Shown here one piece after another: positions 24,301-36,300 of a DNA stretch of 49,691 bases; position 1 is the stretch's first letter; each line of letters starts with the position of its first letter. The stretch spans positions 96,741-146,431 of the forward strand of contig DF237153.1 of assembly GCA_000708835.1 (NCBI GenBank), in the 5' to 3' direction. Position numbers and translations under genes: made by a program. The notes under the pieces were generated by a model. That model had not been told where the DNA came from. It ran no database searches and worked only from the letters and a program-made list of their open reading frames with translations. The stretch is from Klebsormidium nitens. Its lineage: Eukaryota; Plantae; Klebsormidiophyceae.

Positions 24301-27300
24301 AGCGTTGGTCTGACTATTCGTCACACGTTGCGTAGCAAGAGGATTTGATACAGACCGCCGAGATTCTGGCTTGTTTCTGAAGCCCCAAGATACTGGACTG
24401 CTTTGTTACTTGACAGCTCTCCTGATCAGGTGCATGCCTGCAATAGACAGAAAGCAAATAACAGTCATCCAACTTGGTCAACAGATTAATATGCACGCAA
24501 GACAAGAGTAAACTGTCGTTGAAGTAAATGTACTCAAATCGAGCGGAACGCTCTTACCAGCATGAAACAGCTGCTGGTAGCCCCTCACTAAGCTCAGCAG
24601 CTCCGCTGCCCCTTGGCCGGCCGCTCGCCCCGACACCCCCAGAACCTCGTCAAGCGAGACCGCCCCTAGGTCAAAGCTTCCCCCGGGCTCTTCCATCAGA
24701 CTCCTGAGCGCGATCCCCACCCCGCCCTTAAATCCGGACGACGCTTCGGCCAATTCTCGCATCAGGTTCATGCTCGCCTTCGCCAGACGGTCGCTCTGCT
24801 TGAGATCTGACGTCACGAAGCCTAGCCTTCGCGGCCGGAGGAGGAGCAAGCACATGAGCCGGTGGAAAGAGGTGTCTTCAACCGGGACCACGTCTGTCCA
24901 TTGGGGAACCTGGAATTGGGCGCTCGGGTTCTTGACACCAACGGAGGCGAGCGTGCTCTCGCCGAGGCTGCGTTTGACGACCTGGTGTATGAAGGAGAGG
25001 ACGCCCATGATCGTGCTGCAGCGGGTGCGGTGGAAGGACTCCCGTTCGGAGGGGGTTAGGCTCCGGAGCTGAGCCTCGAGAGCCGAATCGTCCGTCTCGT
25101 CTGCAAAGGAAAGTACCGGGTTAACTTTCGGGTTAGCCTTTGGAGCCGGGTCTTAAGAGGGGAGTCGTCCATCTCGTCTGCAAAGTACCAAATCAGCTAA
25201 TGAGTTAGGCTTTGGAGCCGGGCCTCGAGAGGTGGATCATACTTCTCGTCTGCAGAAGAAACGACTGGGTCATCTTTCGGGTTTCTAGACCAAACCACCT
25301 ACCAGTTTCAGCGGGTTTCGTTGGACAAAAATGGAACAGGAAGGGCGCGATGCAACAGTACCAAGGTATAAGACATTCCCAAAAGAGAACAGCAAGCGTG
25401 CAGCGCATTGATGCCAGACCTGTAAGAGATCTACTGAGATAGGTATCTTCGTTGTTAGGTTAGGACTGCTTGATTGGCGCTTCTCAAGAACATGCGATCC
25501 AAAGACACGGTTTTCAGCTTCTCGAATCTTGGGTTTGAGGTCTAGTCAACCCCGGCCTGACCTGCCGTGCTGCTCAAGAACCGCCTCAGGCACACGACCG
25601 GATGGCCGGGCCTTGTTTCCTCAACCTCTTGCCCCGGGACCAGCTCAGCCACCGTCAACAGCTGCTGCGACAGGGCCCACTCGTACCACCGCAGTGACCG
25701 CAGTAGCGAGGAGAGGCCCTGTTGAAGCTCGTGTGGCGAGGATGCGCCCGGGGGAAGCGGATGCTGTACGTCAAACGGCTCCAACAAGGCCTCGAGAGGG
25801 GTAGATGGGGAGAGCTTGGAGCGGAACCAGACGGCGGCGGAACCCTCTGCGAGGGTAAGTTGATGGGTTTGCGGCTGAAAATATCGGTGGAGGGTGAGGG
25901 TTAGCGCGCACGGGCGGACTTTCCGGAACTCCAATGAGCCCCCGTTTTTGTGACCTTTGAGCTCACGCGAGGGTGGACGCAGCAACGGAAGGAAGGGACG
26001 AGCGGCAGAGGAACGGCGGGCTCCCGAGTTGCAAAATCTGTCTCGAATGCCTTGAATGGCATCGAGCTTCATTCCGTTCCTGATAGCTCATCAGGATGCT
26101 GAAATAGTCCGGCGCCTCATTTGTGTAGTTGGCTCTCGGTTGATCCAGACGACGAACACGTTCAAGGCATCCGACGTGTGCCTTTGATAGCTTGCCAGAT
26201 ATGCGTCGCCAGCTTCTCCTTCTCAGGGTACCAAACGTGGCTAGAAATAAGTCTTGAACTACAAGTCGTGAATGGATCCCTACCGGCGTGCGTGGCCGCC
26301 AGCGTCGAGGATAGGAAATGCACTGCTAGCCTGAGAACAACAATGCTTTCAGCCGCGTTCGATAAGTAGAAATGCAGAAGCTAGGGTTGCGTGTCTGCCA
26401 AAAGTTTCAAATGACAAGTCGTGAAACGATTCTCACCCGCGCTCTCCGGCGCCAGAGCCGAGAATAGGATCATGCACTGCTGGCTGCAACGCTGTTGCGG
26501 CCGGCCGGTCTGTGTGAATAGCCACCCGAGGAACTGGTCCAAAGTGGCGAACATGGGCCGGCCGTCCTTGCGCGGCTTCTTCAGCGGGTCGACGAACTTG
26601 AGCATCAGCTTCTGGAGGCAGTGCACCACCCGGCTCATCTGACGGACCGTGCCTGGGAAATAAAGGCGAGAAAATCGTCTCCATACATTGTTTGCTTCAA
26701 ACGGCCATGGAACTGAAAGACCCTGAAGGGCAGGAGAAGAAAGTTTTCGATGGGCAACTCCGTTAGATGAAATGCATTGATATCACCTTTGGTAGTTGAG
26801 AAGCTTGTGTGTGCAACTCGAAGACTGAGTCTTGAAGCCCCCGGCTGCATCCTTGTGAGCTTGTTTGCGAGGGGTCTTGCATTGGAGGCGGCAGCCACCG
26901 AGCACGTTGCACGAAGAGATGGTTTTCAAACTCAGCGTTTGCAGTTGACTCACCAAGCAACGTAAAAACGTGCTGCAAAATTCTGCTGAAAATATTAGGC
27001 TGTAGATAGGTTTGGCTCATCACGCTCTGCACTGACCCCAAAAGCTCAAGCAGGGAAACGGGGGTCAAAAGCTCAGGTTAGAGTATTCAACCCGTCGATA
27101 AAGCAAAGAAGCGTAGACGCAGAGCTCACCAATTGTTTCAGAGTCAGCTTCCGCCAGCCGCAGGCTCTTGGCGCAGTAGAAGAAGAGCTCGAAAATGTGA
27201 CGGTCGACGATGCCGCGCTGCCTAACTAGGAGCGGGTAGAGGCGGTAAAGGGCCATGGTGGCGCCCAGGCGCTGGTACGGGTTGGGGTGGTCCAGTCGGT

Positions 27301-30300
27301 TGTAGAGCCGGCGCAGCATGGACGTCACGTTCACGAAGTTGTCCGCCTTCAGGAGCAGAAGAATGAAGGTGTGAGTTTCAAAAGGAGATTAGACAATCAT
27401 GAGAAGTTCCACGAGTGATTGACAGCTGGCGTAGCATGGACGCCACGTTCACGAGCTTGTCGGCCTTTGAAAAGAAAAAGATATTAGGGAAAGGTGTGAG
27501 AATCCGAAGGACGGTTGAAAAGGTATTGCTGCGGGACTGGTTGTAGAGCCGGCGCAGCATGGACGTGACGTTTACACAATTGCCGGCCTGAAAAAGCAGA
27601 TGAATTCAACAAGAGACGTGAGAATCCAAAGGAAGGTTGAAACGTTCAAGATTCGTCACGGGACTGGTTGTCCGCCGGCGCAGCATAGACGTCACAAAGT
27701 TGTCAGCATGTATCATGATTTTGTAAGTTGTTTAAGGAGAGGACAAAAGACAAGGAGCAATCTGAGTTGAGACCTGTATGAAACACTTGCCTATTGTGAC
27801 CTGGCAGATGTCTCAGAAAAGCAAGCTTGGAACAGAAGGGTAAACCCGAAACAAAAAACGGACCCGGACCTCTCGGACAGCTGCCGAGAGCAGTGGCTCG
27901 AACCAGTAGCTCGCTGCACATCAAGCTCTTGAGACGCCGCTACCTCAAAGGTTTGTCATGACTACTGAAAAGCAGGCGCCTTGTGCAGCCAACAAGGCTC
28001 AGGTGCAATTGACAATCCAAGAAGTACAACGTCCGGCACTGAGCGACGGACAACTTACCTCAGGAGGCGCGTGGCGAATAGACCATTCCATGAATTCCTG
28101 AAAGCACCCGGCAGAAAACTCCCTGCAGGAAAGGATGCTACTTCAGCTTTCCTCGCCCACAAAGAGCCTTTTGATATCCTTCAGCAGACGCATGCGCCCA
28201 GTTCAAGGGGCCTCTGCAGCTGAGCAGGACCTCGGTCTATCTCTTGGCACGGTCCGATGGGTTTTCCCGTACAAACGGTTGGAGAAGCTGACGTGCACTA
28301 TGCTTACAAAGGCCTCGTGTTCGCCAAACATGACAGATTAGCCCACCTGAGAGCGCCGTTGTCCTCGTCCACAAGGCCCTCCAGGATGGCGTCGAGCAGC
28401 GCCATCGTCTCGGGGTGCTCGCGCGTTTTGCTGCTGGTGAACCAGCGGATAATCTGCTTGACGAACTCGGAGAAGAGCCGCTGCGTTACCTGCGAACCCC
28501 GACACACAGATCACAGGCTTTTAGGGTCAGCTTGTCAAGATAAGCCTTTGAGCTTGGTTATTATAAGAACCAAGCTTAACGAACGAGAGTGATCCCGGCA
28601 GCTAAAAATGGAATGCAATCCCGAGACACCTTGACAAGTGCGCTTAACGGCAAATGGTCTGGCGTGCTTCTTCCTCTGCTCCTTCGCAAGTCCACCGTGC
28701 CCTTGTCTCTCGAAGGCGCGTCAAGGCATCCATATCAACGGCGATTTTGGGCAGCAACTGTAATAACATAGTATGCATCATTTTGAGAAACAACGCAGGC
28801 CTCTGCAGCATCCCAACGTACCGGCTCGACATCGGTCGCCAGCTTGAGCAGAGCAGGGAACAGCTTCCGATAAATCTTTTGGAACTGGTACTCCTGCAAA
28901 GGAAGAGCACAGTGGTTGATAACCAAGTGCCGCACTCGCTCGAGCTGACGCTTCCTTGTGATGGAGTGGAATACATACCCCTCGCACACGGATATTTGGG
29001 ATTGGGTTCAGTGCACGGAGGTCTCTAGACGTCTGGATTTTGGGAGTAGAATCTTGCAACGATCTTGATCATTCAGCTGGAAAGGTCGGCACTGGACACC
29101 CTGCATGCTCTTTGGTTAGACGTGTGCAACAACAATCACATCCTTGTCAGCTTCGCCGGTTGCCTAGTCGCTTCACCGGTTGCCTAATCCTTACTCTCCA
29201 AAATACATATAGCAAGGCATGGTTACAGAGCGGGTAAGACAACATAAGCACAAGCCTTTCTGGACGGGTTGATAGCTTGGGTTCGTAAGGGGCACGGTTA
29301 CGGAGCGGGCCCAGTTTCTGGTTTAGATCTTGATTGTTAGATTCGTTTTTCGCTGCTCCACTCGGCTCAACATGTTTCTGTCAGCGTACCTCTCTAAGCT
29401 CCTCGCCCCTTCGCTGGAGCGGCGCCTTCGCGCTGGTACCAATCATGTACAGTGAGACCGCGTGGAGCAGTTCGGAGGCCGCCACCTTGGTGCGCCGGTC
29501 GGTGGACGACTGCGCGAGCTCCACGACGCGCGGAAGGAGCGGATCTGCGGATAATCTCGTCATTTTATTGAGAAATGTTTCTTTGTATTATCTTTACATC
29601 TTCCTCTAGAATCTCGAGCTTGGTTTTCTTCCACACTCTTTCAGTACTGGCGAATTAGGCGGAGACCACTTGCGGCACCAAAACTGAGCCAACCAAATAA
29701 GCAAGAAGTTCATATGGAATACGTGGATGGGGGATGAAAAGCAGAAGGGTAGAGATCAATTGTTGAGTTAGGAAGAGAAAAGATTGGCTGTTTCACCTAC
29801 TTGTCTCGTGGGGGCATGGATGGGACGAAGGAGAAGCTTTCGTAGACAAAAGCAGACAAGGCATACGCGTTCGTCCAAGCTGAGGATTTGACTGATTGAA
29901 ACTCTACGTACAAACATCGCGTCACTTCTATCAGACGGCCGTTTTCATTCAGATGCTGAAGTGCAGGCGAGCTAGAAACACTGGGACTAGCACTAGCTTG
30001 AGATTTTGTGCCCCGCCCACGGGTGTCGCACCTAGGTAGATGTCAGGCTTTTCGTCCCGGAATGGCAGCGCAAACTTGATCCGTTTGATGACGTCCCAGG
30101 CCAATGCGCTCTGGCCGTCGCCCTTGGTCAGGTTGACGTCAGGCACGAGCAGGTGGCTGTGGCCGCCGATGCGCCCCAAAAAGCGCTGCACCCGCAGCTG
30201 GAGCCGCTCGAAGGGGCTCGCCTGCGGAGAATTCAAACATGAATTCGGAGCAATTTCTTGATTTCAATGGTCTAGAATCTGAAACAAAGTCAGTCCATCC

Positions 30301-33300
30301 ATCTGAAACAGGCAGTCAACAGCTTCGTCGGGGAATAGAACAACCGAAATAGAAACTTGATACATTAGGCTGAGATGAGCGAGGACGAATATGGGAGTTT
30401 CCAGATCGTGAGCGTATCTTCTTGCCAAGGCTTCGGAGGCTCGGTTGATTCCGGATACCGCCTCGAAAGAAGGCGATTGGAGCTTCCTGAGTTTGGGAAC
30501 GAGAACGGAGGCAGATTCTGCCATCGTCTCCGATATTGCAATCCCACCAAGATTGTCTTTTTCAAGGCCGCCGGCATGGACAAACCGCGATCAGGATGTC
30601 GAGGCAAAGCCAGGCAATCGTACTGCGGTGCTTCAAGAGATTCTTGTGGCTGCACCTGCATATCCTTCGCCCGCGCCTCTCGCTGCCGCCTCGCCTGCGT
30701 CCTCGTCATGTCCGCCGTGTTCCTCTTCTCGGCGACCTCGTCCCCTGCGGCCCCAGACATCTGGTCGGCCCCCGAGGTGTCGACCTCGGCCAGGTAGTCA
30801 TTCAAAAGGGGGACAATCTCCGGCAGATGGGGCTCCAGCTCTCGGAAGTGGTTCTTCAACCAGCCCTCTAGAGTGTCTAGAGCCAGGTCCGCCAAGGGCT
30901 GGTAAGTGCACAGTTGGTCAAGGAAGCAACAGAAAGAAGGCGGATCGACGGTGCTTGTCCTGCTTTCCATTCGAAGCGATGGATTCAGATAGCCGCATCA
31001 ACATCAAACGGCAGAGTGCCGACGAAACGGTCCAGAGGACAGCAAGCTGCGGAATGTATAATATACTCGAGCAACGTCCGAGTCCAGGAAACTCCAACGG
31101 GCTCCCTCCCTTTCTTGCATGCTGGAAGTTTAACGTGTCACAAACATGACAAATCAGGAGAAACGCAGAAATGGCAGGAAAGATTGAAGCCAGGCAGAGA
31201 CCGACACACATCGGAAGGCATCTGAAGGCAACCCAGTGTCAGACACGTCCTGTCCGATGTGACGAGCACTGCAAACTGAACAAAAGAAAATTGAAGGAAA
31301 CAAAGAAAACAGCTGCAACTGGAAAGGATATCTCAAGCCCATGGTGAGCGCGCTCTGCATCGGCCCCACCAGCTGCCGGATCTCCAGCAGGACCGTCGGC
31401 GCCGAGAGGCACATCTGCAGGCACGCCGCGAGGTGCTCCAGCTTGTACCGCCGGCTGGCGACCAGCACCTCGCGCAGAAACTTGCGGAAGAGCTCCGTGC
31501 ACTGCTCGCGGTCGCCGGGAGGGACGCCCGGGAAGGGGCTCGCCTGGAGGGGATAATAGCGATAAACTTGAATACTAACAAGGAACTTAAGGTACAGGAG
31601 GACCGGTGGGGTTATTTTGGTGGTTAGGGTGGGTTCGGGTGCGGAGCATGTCATTCTGTCCTAAGGGTTTTAATGTTGGTTAAATCGAGGAACTCAGTAC
31701 TTTCAGTACTTAAGATCCTTGTTATCAATAGAGTTTATGGTTATAGGGGATGAGAGAGACCAGGTTTTGGCGACCAGTATCCTGTGCAGAAACCCGCGGA
31801 AGAGCTCCGTGCACTGCTCGTGGTCGCCGGGAGGGACGCCCGGAAACGATTTCGCCTGCAGGAAGGAGTGAGTGGGTTTTGGCAACCAGGACTTCGCGCA
31901 GAAACTTGCGGAACAGCTCCGTGCACTGCTCGCGGTCGCCGGGAGGGACGCCCAGGAAGGGGCTCGCCTGCAGCGAAGGGGCAAGCAAAAACTTGCCTTG
32001 GTCTTGTAAGTTGTGCACAATACCCAGTCATAATATCGCAGGGCAATGAGTGGAGGCTAAGTATCCTGACAGAGAAACGGCTGAACAGGGCTTTGTCTAA
32101 ACAGGGGGACAAGACGAAGGTGGCGCCCGACAATAGAAGGAGGGTTGAACGAGCAGGGGCTTCTTCGGGGATTGCCATGAGAAGACAACGAACCTTCCAA
32201 AGCAGTAGGATGCGGCTTTAGGTCCGGATAAAACAAAATCAACAGCTTGAGAAGGAAGATCTACAGGGCGGTCCTTGAGCAGGCAGACAACCGCAAGGGA
32301 CTTCGTGCTAAAGGAAAAGAGAACACTGGACGTGTCGAGAAGATTGATTTTGAACGGCAGCAGATGAACGCTTGAAGTCAAAAAAGCGAAATGTACAGCC
32401 TTAGCGGCTGACCTCGGACATGGGCACGTCCCCGTCAGCATCCGGCTCTGCTGACGTCGATTCCGCCGCGAAGTAGCCGAGCGCGTCCCCGACCCTTATG
32501 GCGACTGCCAGCAGCTTATAGAAGCCGCTGATCAACGGGTATTGGTCGGAGAGGGCGATGACGTCACGGCCGAAGGTGTACAGCCACTTCGGGAAGAAGC
32601 TGACGCAGCACCTGGGAAAAAAAGGCTCGCTTCGTTGGACAAAAGAAGCGGGTCAGAAACGCTTTCTTACACGAAGTGGCGGGAGGCCCAGAAACGTACA
32701 TGGCGGATAGCTATTCGCATCTGACAGCAGAGTTTGTTCCACATGGCAGCTCACCCTCTTGCTGCAAACCTCACATGGTAGTCGTCTTTAAAAACAAAAG
32801 AGTTGACTTGTCTGTGGCTCCATAAGAGTTTGCACATAACGAAGCAAAGAGGTACAAGCGGTCAACCATCCCACCTGAAACCGTCATCGTCCGACCCGTG
32901 ATCAGAATTGGAACGTAGCTTACATTGTCCAGAGGTAAGGACGATCGCTTCAAAACCTTGCAGTTGCGTTCCTTGCAAAGGAGAATGCAAGCCTCACTTC
33001 TGCAGGAACTCCTGGGCGAACTCCACAAGAGTAAGGAACATGCGCATGTCGTTCGGGTTCAGCGGGATGATGCTCTCCAGCGCCAACTCGGGTTCGACGT
33101 CCTCGGAAGTCTTGCCTTCATCCTCTGTGAAACAAAAGCGCTATATTCAGCAAATTTGAGCGAGCTTTATTTAGTAGTATTGTCATTATCGTCTAGAAGA
33201 GCAGCTACTCACCTATCAAGATCGGCTGCTTGTAAAAAGGGGTGACGGTAAATCTAGCCGAACTTTGAAAGGATAAGAGTACAATGAAAAGGTCGACGGA

Positions 33301-36300
33301 CGGCTCAGCCGAAGCGGCATCAACGAAGGAGACCCGAGCGTGCACGACGGCGCACGTAGCGACCGAAACGTTTCGCAACAAAAAGCGAACGAGAAGTGCA
33401 GCAATCACTCCCCTCAGAACATGGCAAGCGTCTAGTATCCCAGATCCGTCAAACGACTAGTTTTACGTAAGCACAGTTGTTGAACGGACGGCCACCTCTT
33501 TTCTGCTCTCTCTTCGAACTGTCTCAAAACCCAGACCCTGACTTTGATGAGACTTCGTCACGCTCGCTGTTCGGGCACCGACGACAGTACCTTCGCTCGG
33601 CGCGGCCGCTTCCTTGCTGGGCGCCCTGACGTCATACCGCAGGTCCAAGCCGCCCACGATCGTCAGCATGTTCTGCACCAGCGAGTCGTACACGAGCTCG
33701 CGCATGTGCGCGTAGTCGGCCGCGTTCACACTGATCCGCGATGCGACCGGGGTTTCGCTGTCCGCCTCGGAGGAGGCTTCCTCCTTGCGCGGATTTTGCG
33801 CGGCAGAGAGCACCACGGGCTGGTCCAAGATGCGGGTCCACAGCTCCAGGTAGAGGGGCCACTTTTTGGGGTCGTCGGGTGGGGCGGCGGGGTCGTCCGC
33901 GCTCATCGTGCGGACGAGCGAAGATCGAACTGCATACAGCAAAAGATGAGTCGCTTTTACAAGGTACTGCGACATTTTGTAGGATTCATGAAATGGACAC
34001 GGACGCTGTATTACAGAGCATTCTTTTAGGCGCCTTCTTCTGAGGCCTTCTCCTGAAGTCTTCTGCATCCGTTTCCGTAACAAAAGACCGATACACCCGT
34101 GGATGCATAGCAACAGAGCCTGTTGACCGACGGACTGTTTCTTCACGTACATAGTGAGGATTTTTTTATCGACTTTCTCGGCAAACAGTGCAGAAAGGCC
34201 GTGAGGCAGAAGAGTGTCATTCTGACGATAGGTGGGGCCTTACCTATGTTATTGAGGAAGGACGTGAAGGCCTCTCCTTTGGGGTAGAGGGAGCACAGCA
34301 TATTTACAAAGGCAGTATGTACAGCCGGCTTCTGCTTCTCCCAGAGAAGCGGGTACCGGAAGAAGATGGCGCCCGCGACCTACAGCCACACAACATGCAT
34401 TTAAGGAACTATGAAGGACACAACGGTCACACTTTTACTTAGACATCACCTTACCTCTGGTTGCATTCAGATTGATGGTTTAGGTGCCACTAACCCGCCT
34501 AAAATCATTGGTATGGAAACTTACCACTAAACCATTGCTGTTAAATTACGCCACCAACTTACTCGTGAGTCCGGTTTTAGTTTCAAGTTTCAGTCTTCAA
34601 ATTTAAAGCTCTGAGAAACGTTGTTGGACATGCCTCTCGCCCACGAACGAAAACAGTAAGATTTGACCTAGGACACACAATTGGCAGGCTGACCGAGCAC
34701 GGGCAAACATGCCTCCGAATCTCTGGGCTGAATGGAGGACGAAAACTGACGGACTCCGAATTACTACTGTGAGCAACCAGCACCCTGTGCTTCTAGCTTT
34801 CAATTGAAGGCCTACCTCAGAAATGAAGCTGATGAGAGAGTCCTCCACGGACGGCAGATAGACCATCATGTCCGCAAAAGCGCCGACGAGAGTGACAGAG
34901 TGGCCCAGGTTGTCGTCGCCGTACCCGGTGGATCTGCACGGCATGAACGGCCAGGATTGGTATACACTCGACAAGGTGACTGGACTGCCCAGACGACACC
35001 GTTTAGTGGAGGCTCCGCTCCACCGGGCGCTTAGAAAAGCACGTCGTCACAATCTCGCAGCGACACACAGTCGCGATTAGGGACTGTGCCCTGTGTGTCG
35101 CCGACCGGTATGTAGCATTCCCCCTTGAAAGGCTGAGGGTCAAAGGTGGCCTTCTAGCAGGTTGCTGCGTACTTTTGAAGGCGCAGATGGTGCCAGATCC
35201 AGGAATTGCGAAGTATCCCCAACGAAGCCGAAGGCACCAAAGGAAAGGAATGGAACCAAAGCGGAACACACCGACACGGACCATGGGCTGCGCGAAGTGC
35301 TCAAAGCGAGACCGTTGTCCGAGGGCGTTGACGTTTTAAGGAGGTCGATTTTTCACAAGATCAGTCTCTGGTGAACAGATCGTCCGGGACCTGTGTGGGC
35401 CGGCAGATACGGCTACATTAAGATTTGGATCCCCAATTGTTGCCCAACTTACACGGTAGATCGGGCGCCGAACGGGAGTAGCCGATTGAGCGCTTTCCGC
35501 AGCTCTTCCTCTCCGGAGAACTTGAGGATTGCCCCGGCCAGCTTGCCCTGGGCGCGGATCGCCAAGCTGACGTCACGGGGGCTGCTCGCCGGGTCGTTCA
35601 AGATGCCAAAGACCGCCTTCATAAGCTCCTGCTTATAAGGAAGGAAGTATATCAGGACAGAGGCTGATAGGCTAGAAAGTAAAACGAGGCGAAGCCCGAC
35701 GCACCTCTCCTCGGACAAAACGGAGGGCTTTAGCTGTGGTTAAGATAACGGAAGCTGGCCACGGGGGCTGCTCCCACAGGGAGTTGGACGCCTATTCAGA
35801 ATTCTGGGGTGCACCGCGTGGCTAAGTGGCAAAGGATTCTGGGCGTTTGCAGCGGAACAGCTATGAGAGAATTGTCATTATTACGCGAGCATCAGCTGAA
35901 AAGACTGAAGTCGGAAAATCATCAGGTCAGTAGATGTATCCGTGCCATCCAGTTGTCAGCCAGATAAGTTGAACCAAATGGCAGATTTTTCTGCGGCCTT
36001 GCAATATGTGGACGGGCGACAGAAGCAAAAGCGGATAGTCGTAAAGAGGGATGTGTGCGGGTCAAAGTGGACGCCTACGCCAGACCGCCGAAATTTTCTA
36101 CTGACAAACGACGGCCACGTGGACTCGGGCCCAGGTCATTCAAAACCACTCGACGCGGGACCGTTTCTGAGGGCGAAATGTCGCAGGAACGCCTCAACCA
36201 GCTATGGTTTGTTGTACTCACCGTGTAAGTATGGCGGACTAAAGGCTCAGTTGCCGGGTCCGACTCTAGCATGGCCTTCGAGACCTACGGCACAAAGGCA

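Noticed and set aside
27347-27710. CRISPR-like repeat-spacer interpretation of the tandem arrays
   Set aside because: The units are 70-310 bp degenerate copies of host exon boundaries in a eukaryotic intron context. There are no short identical repeats with unique spacers and no cas genes.
8135-31627. Many plus-strand and off-frame ORFs overlapping PRKDC exons (e.g. 16831-17475, 16854-17633, 23333-23776, 30445-31149)
   Set aside because: These are antisense or frame shadows of GC-rich exons with Arg/Pro/Ala-biased translations. They show no motifs or splice support.
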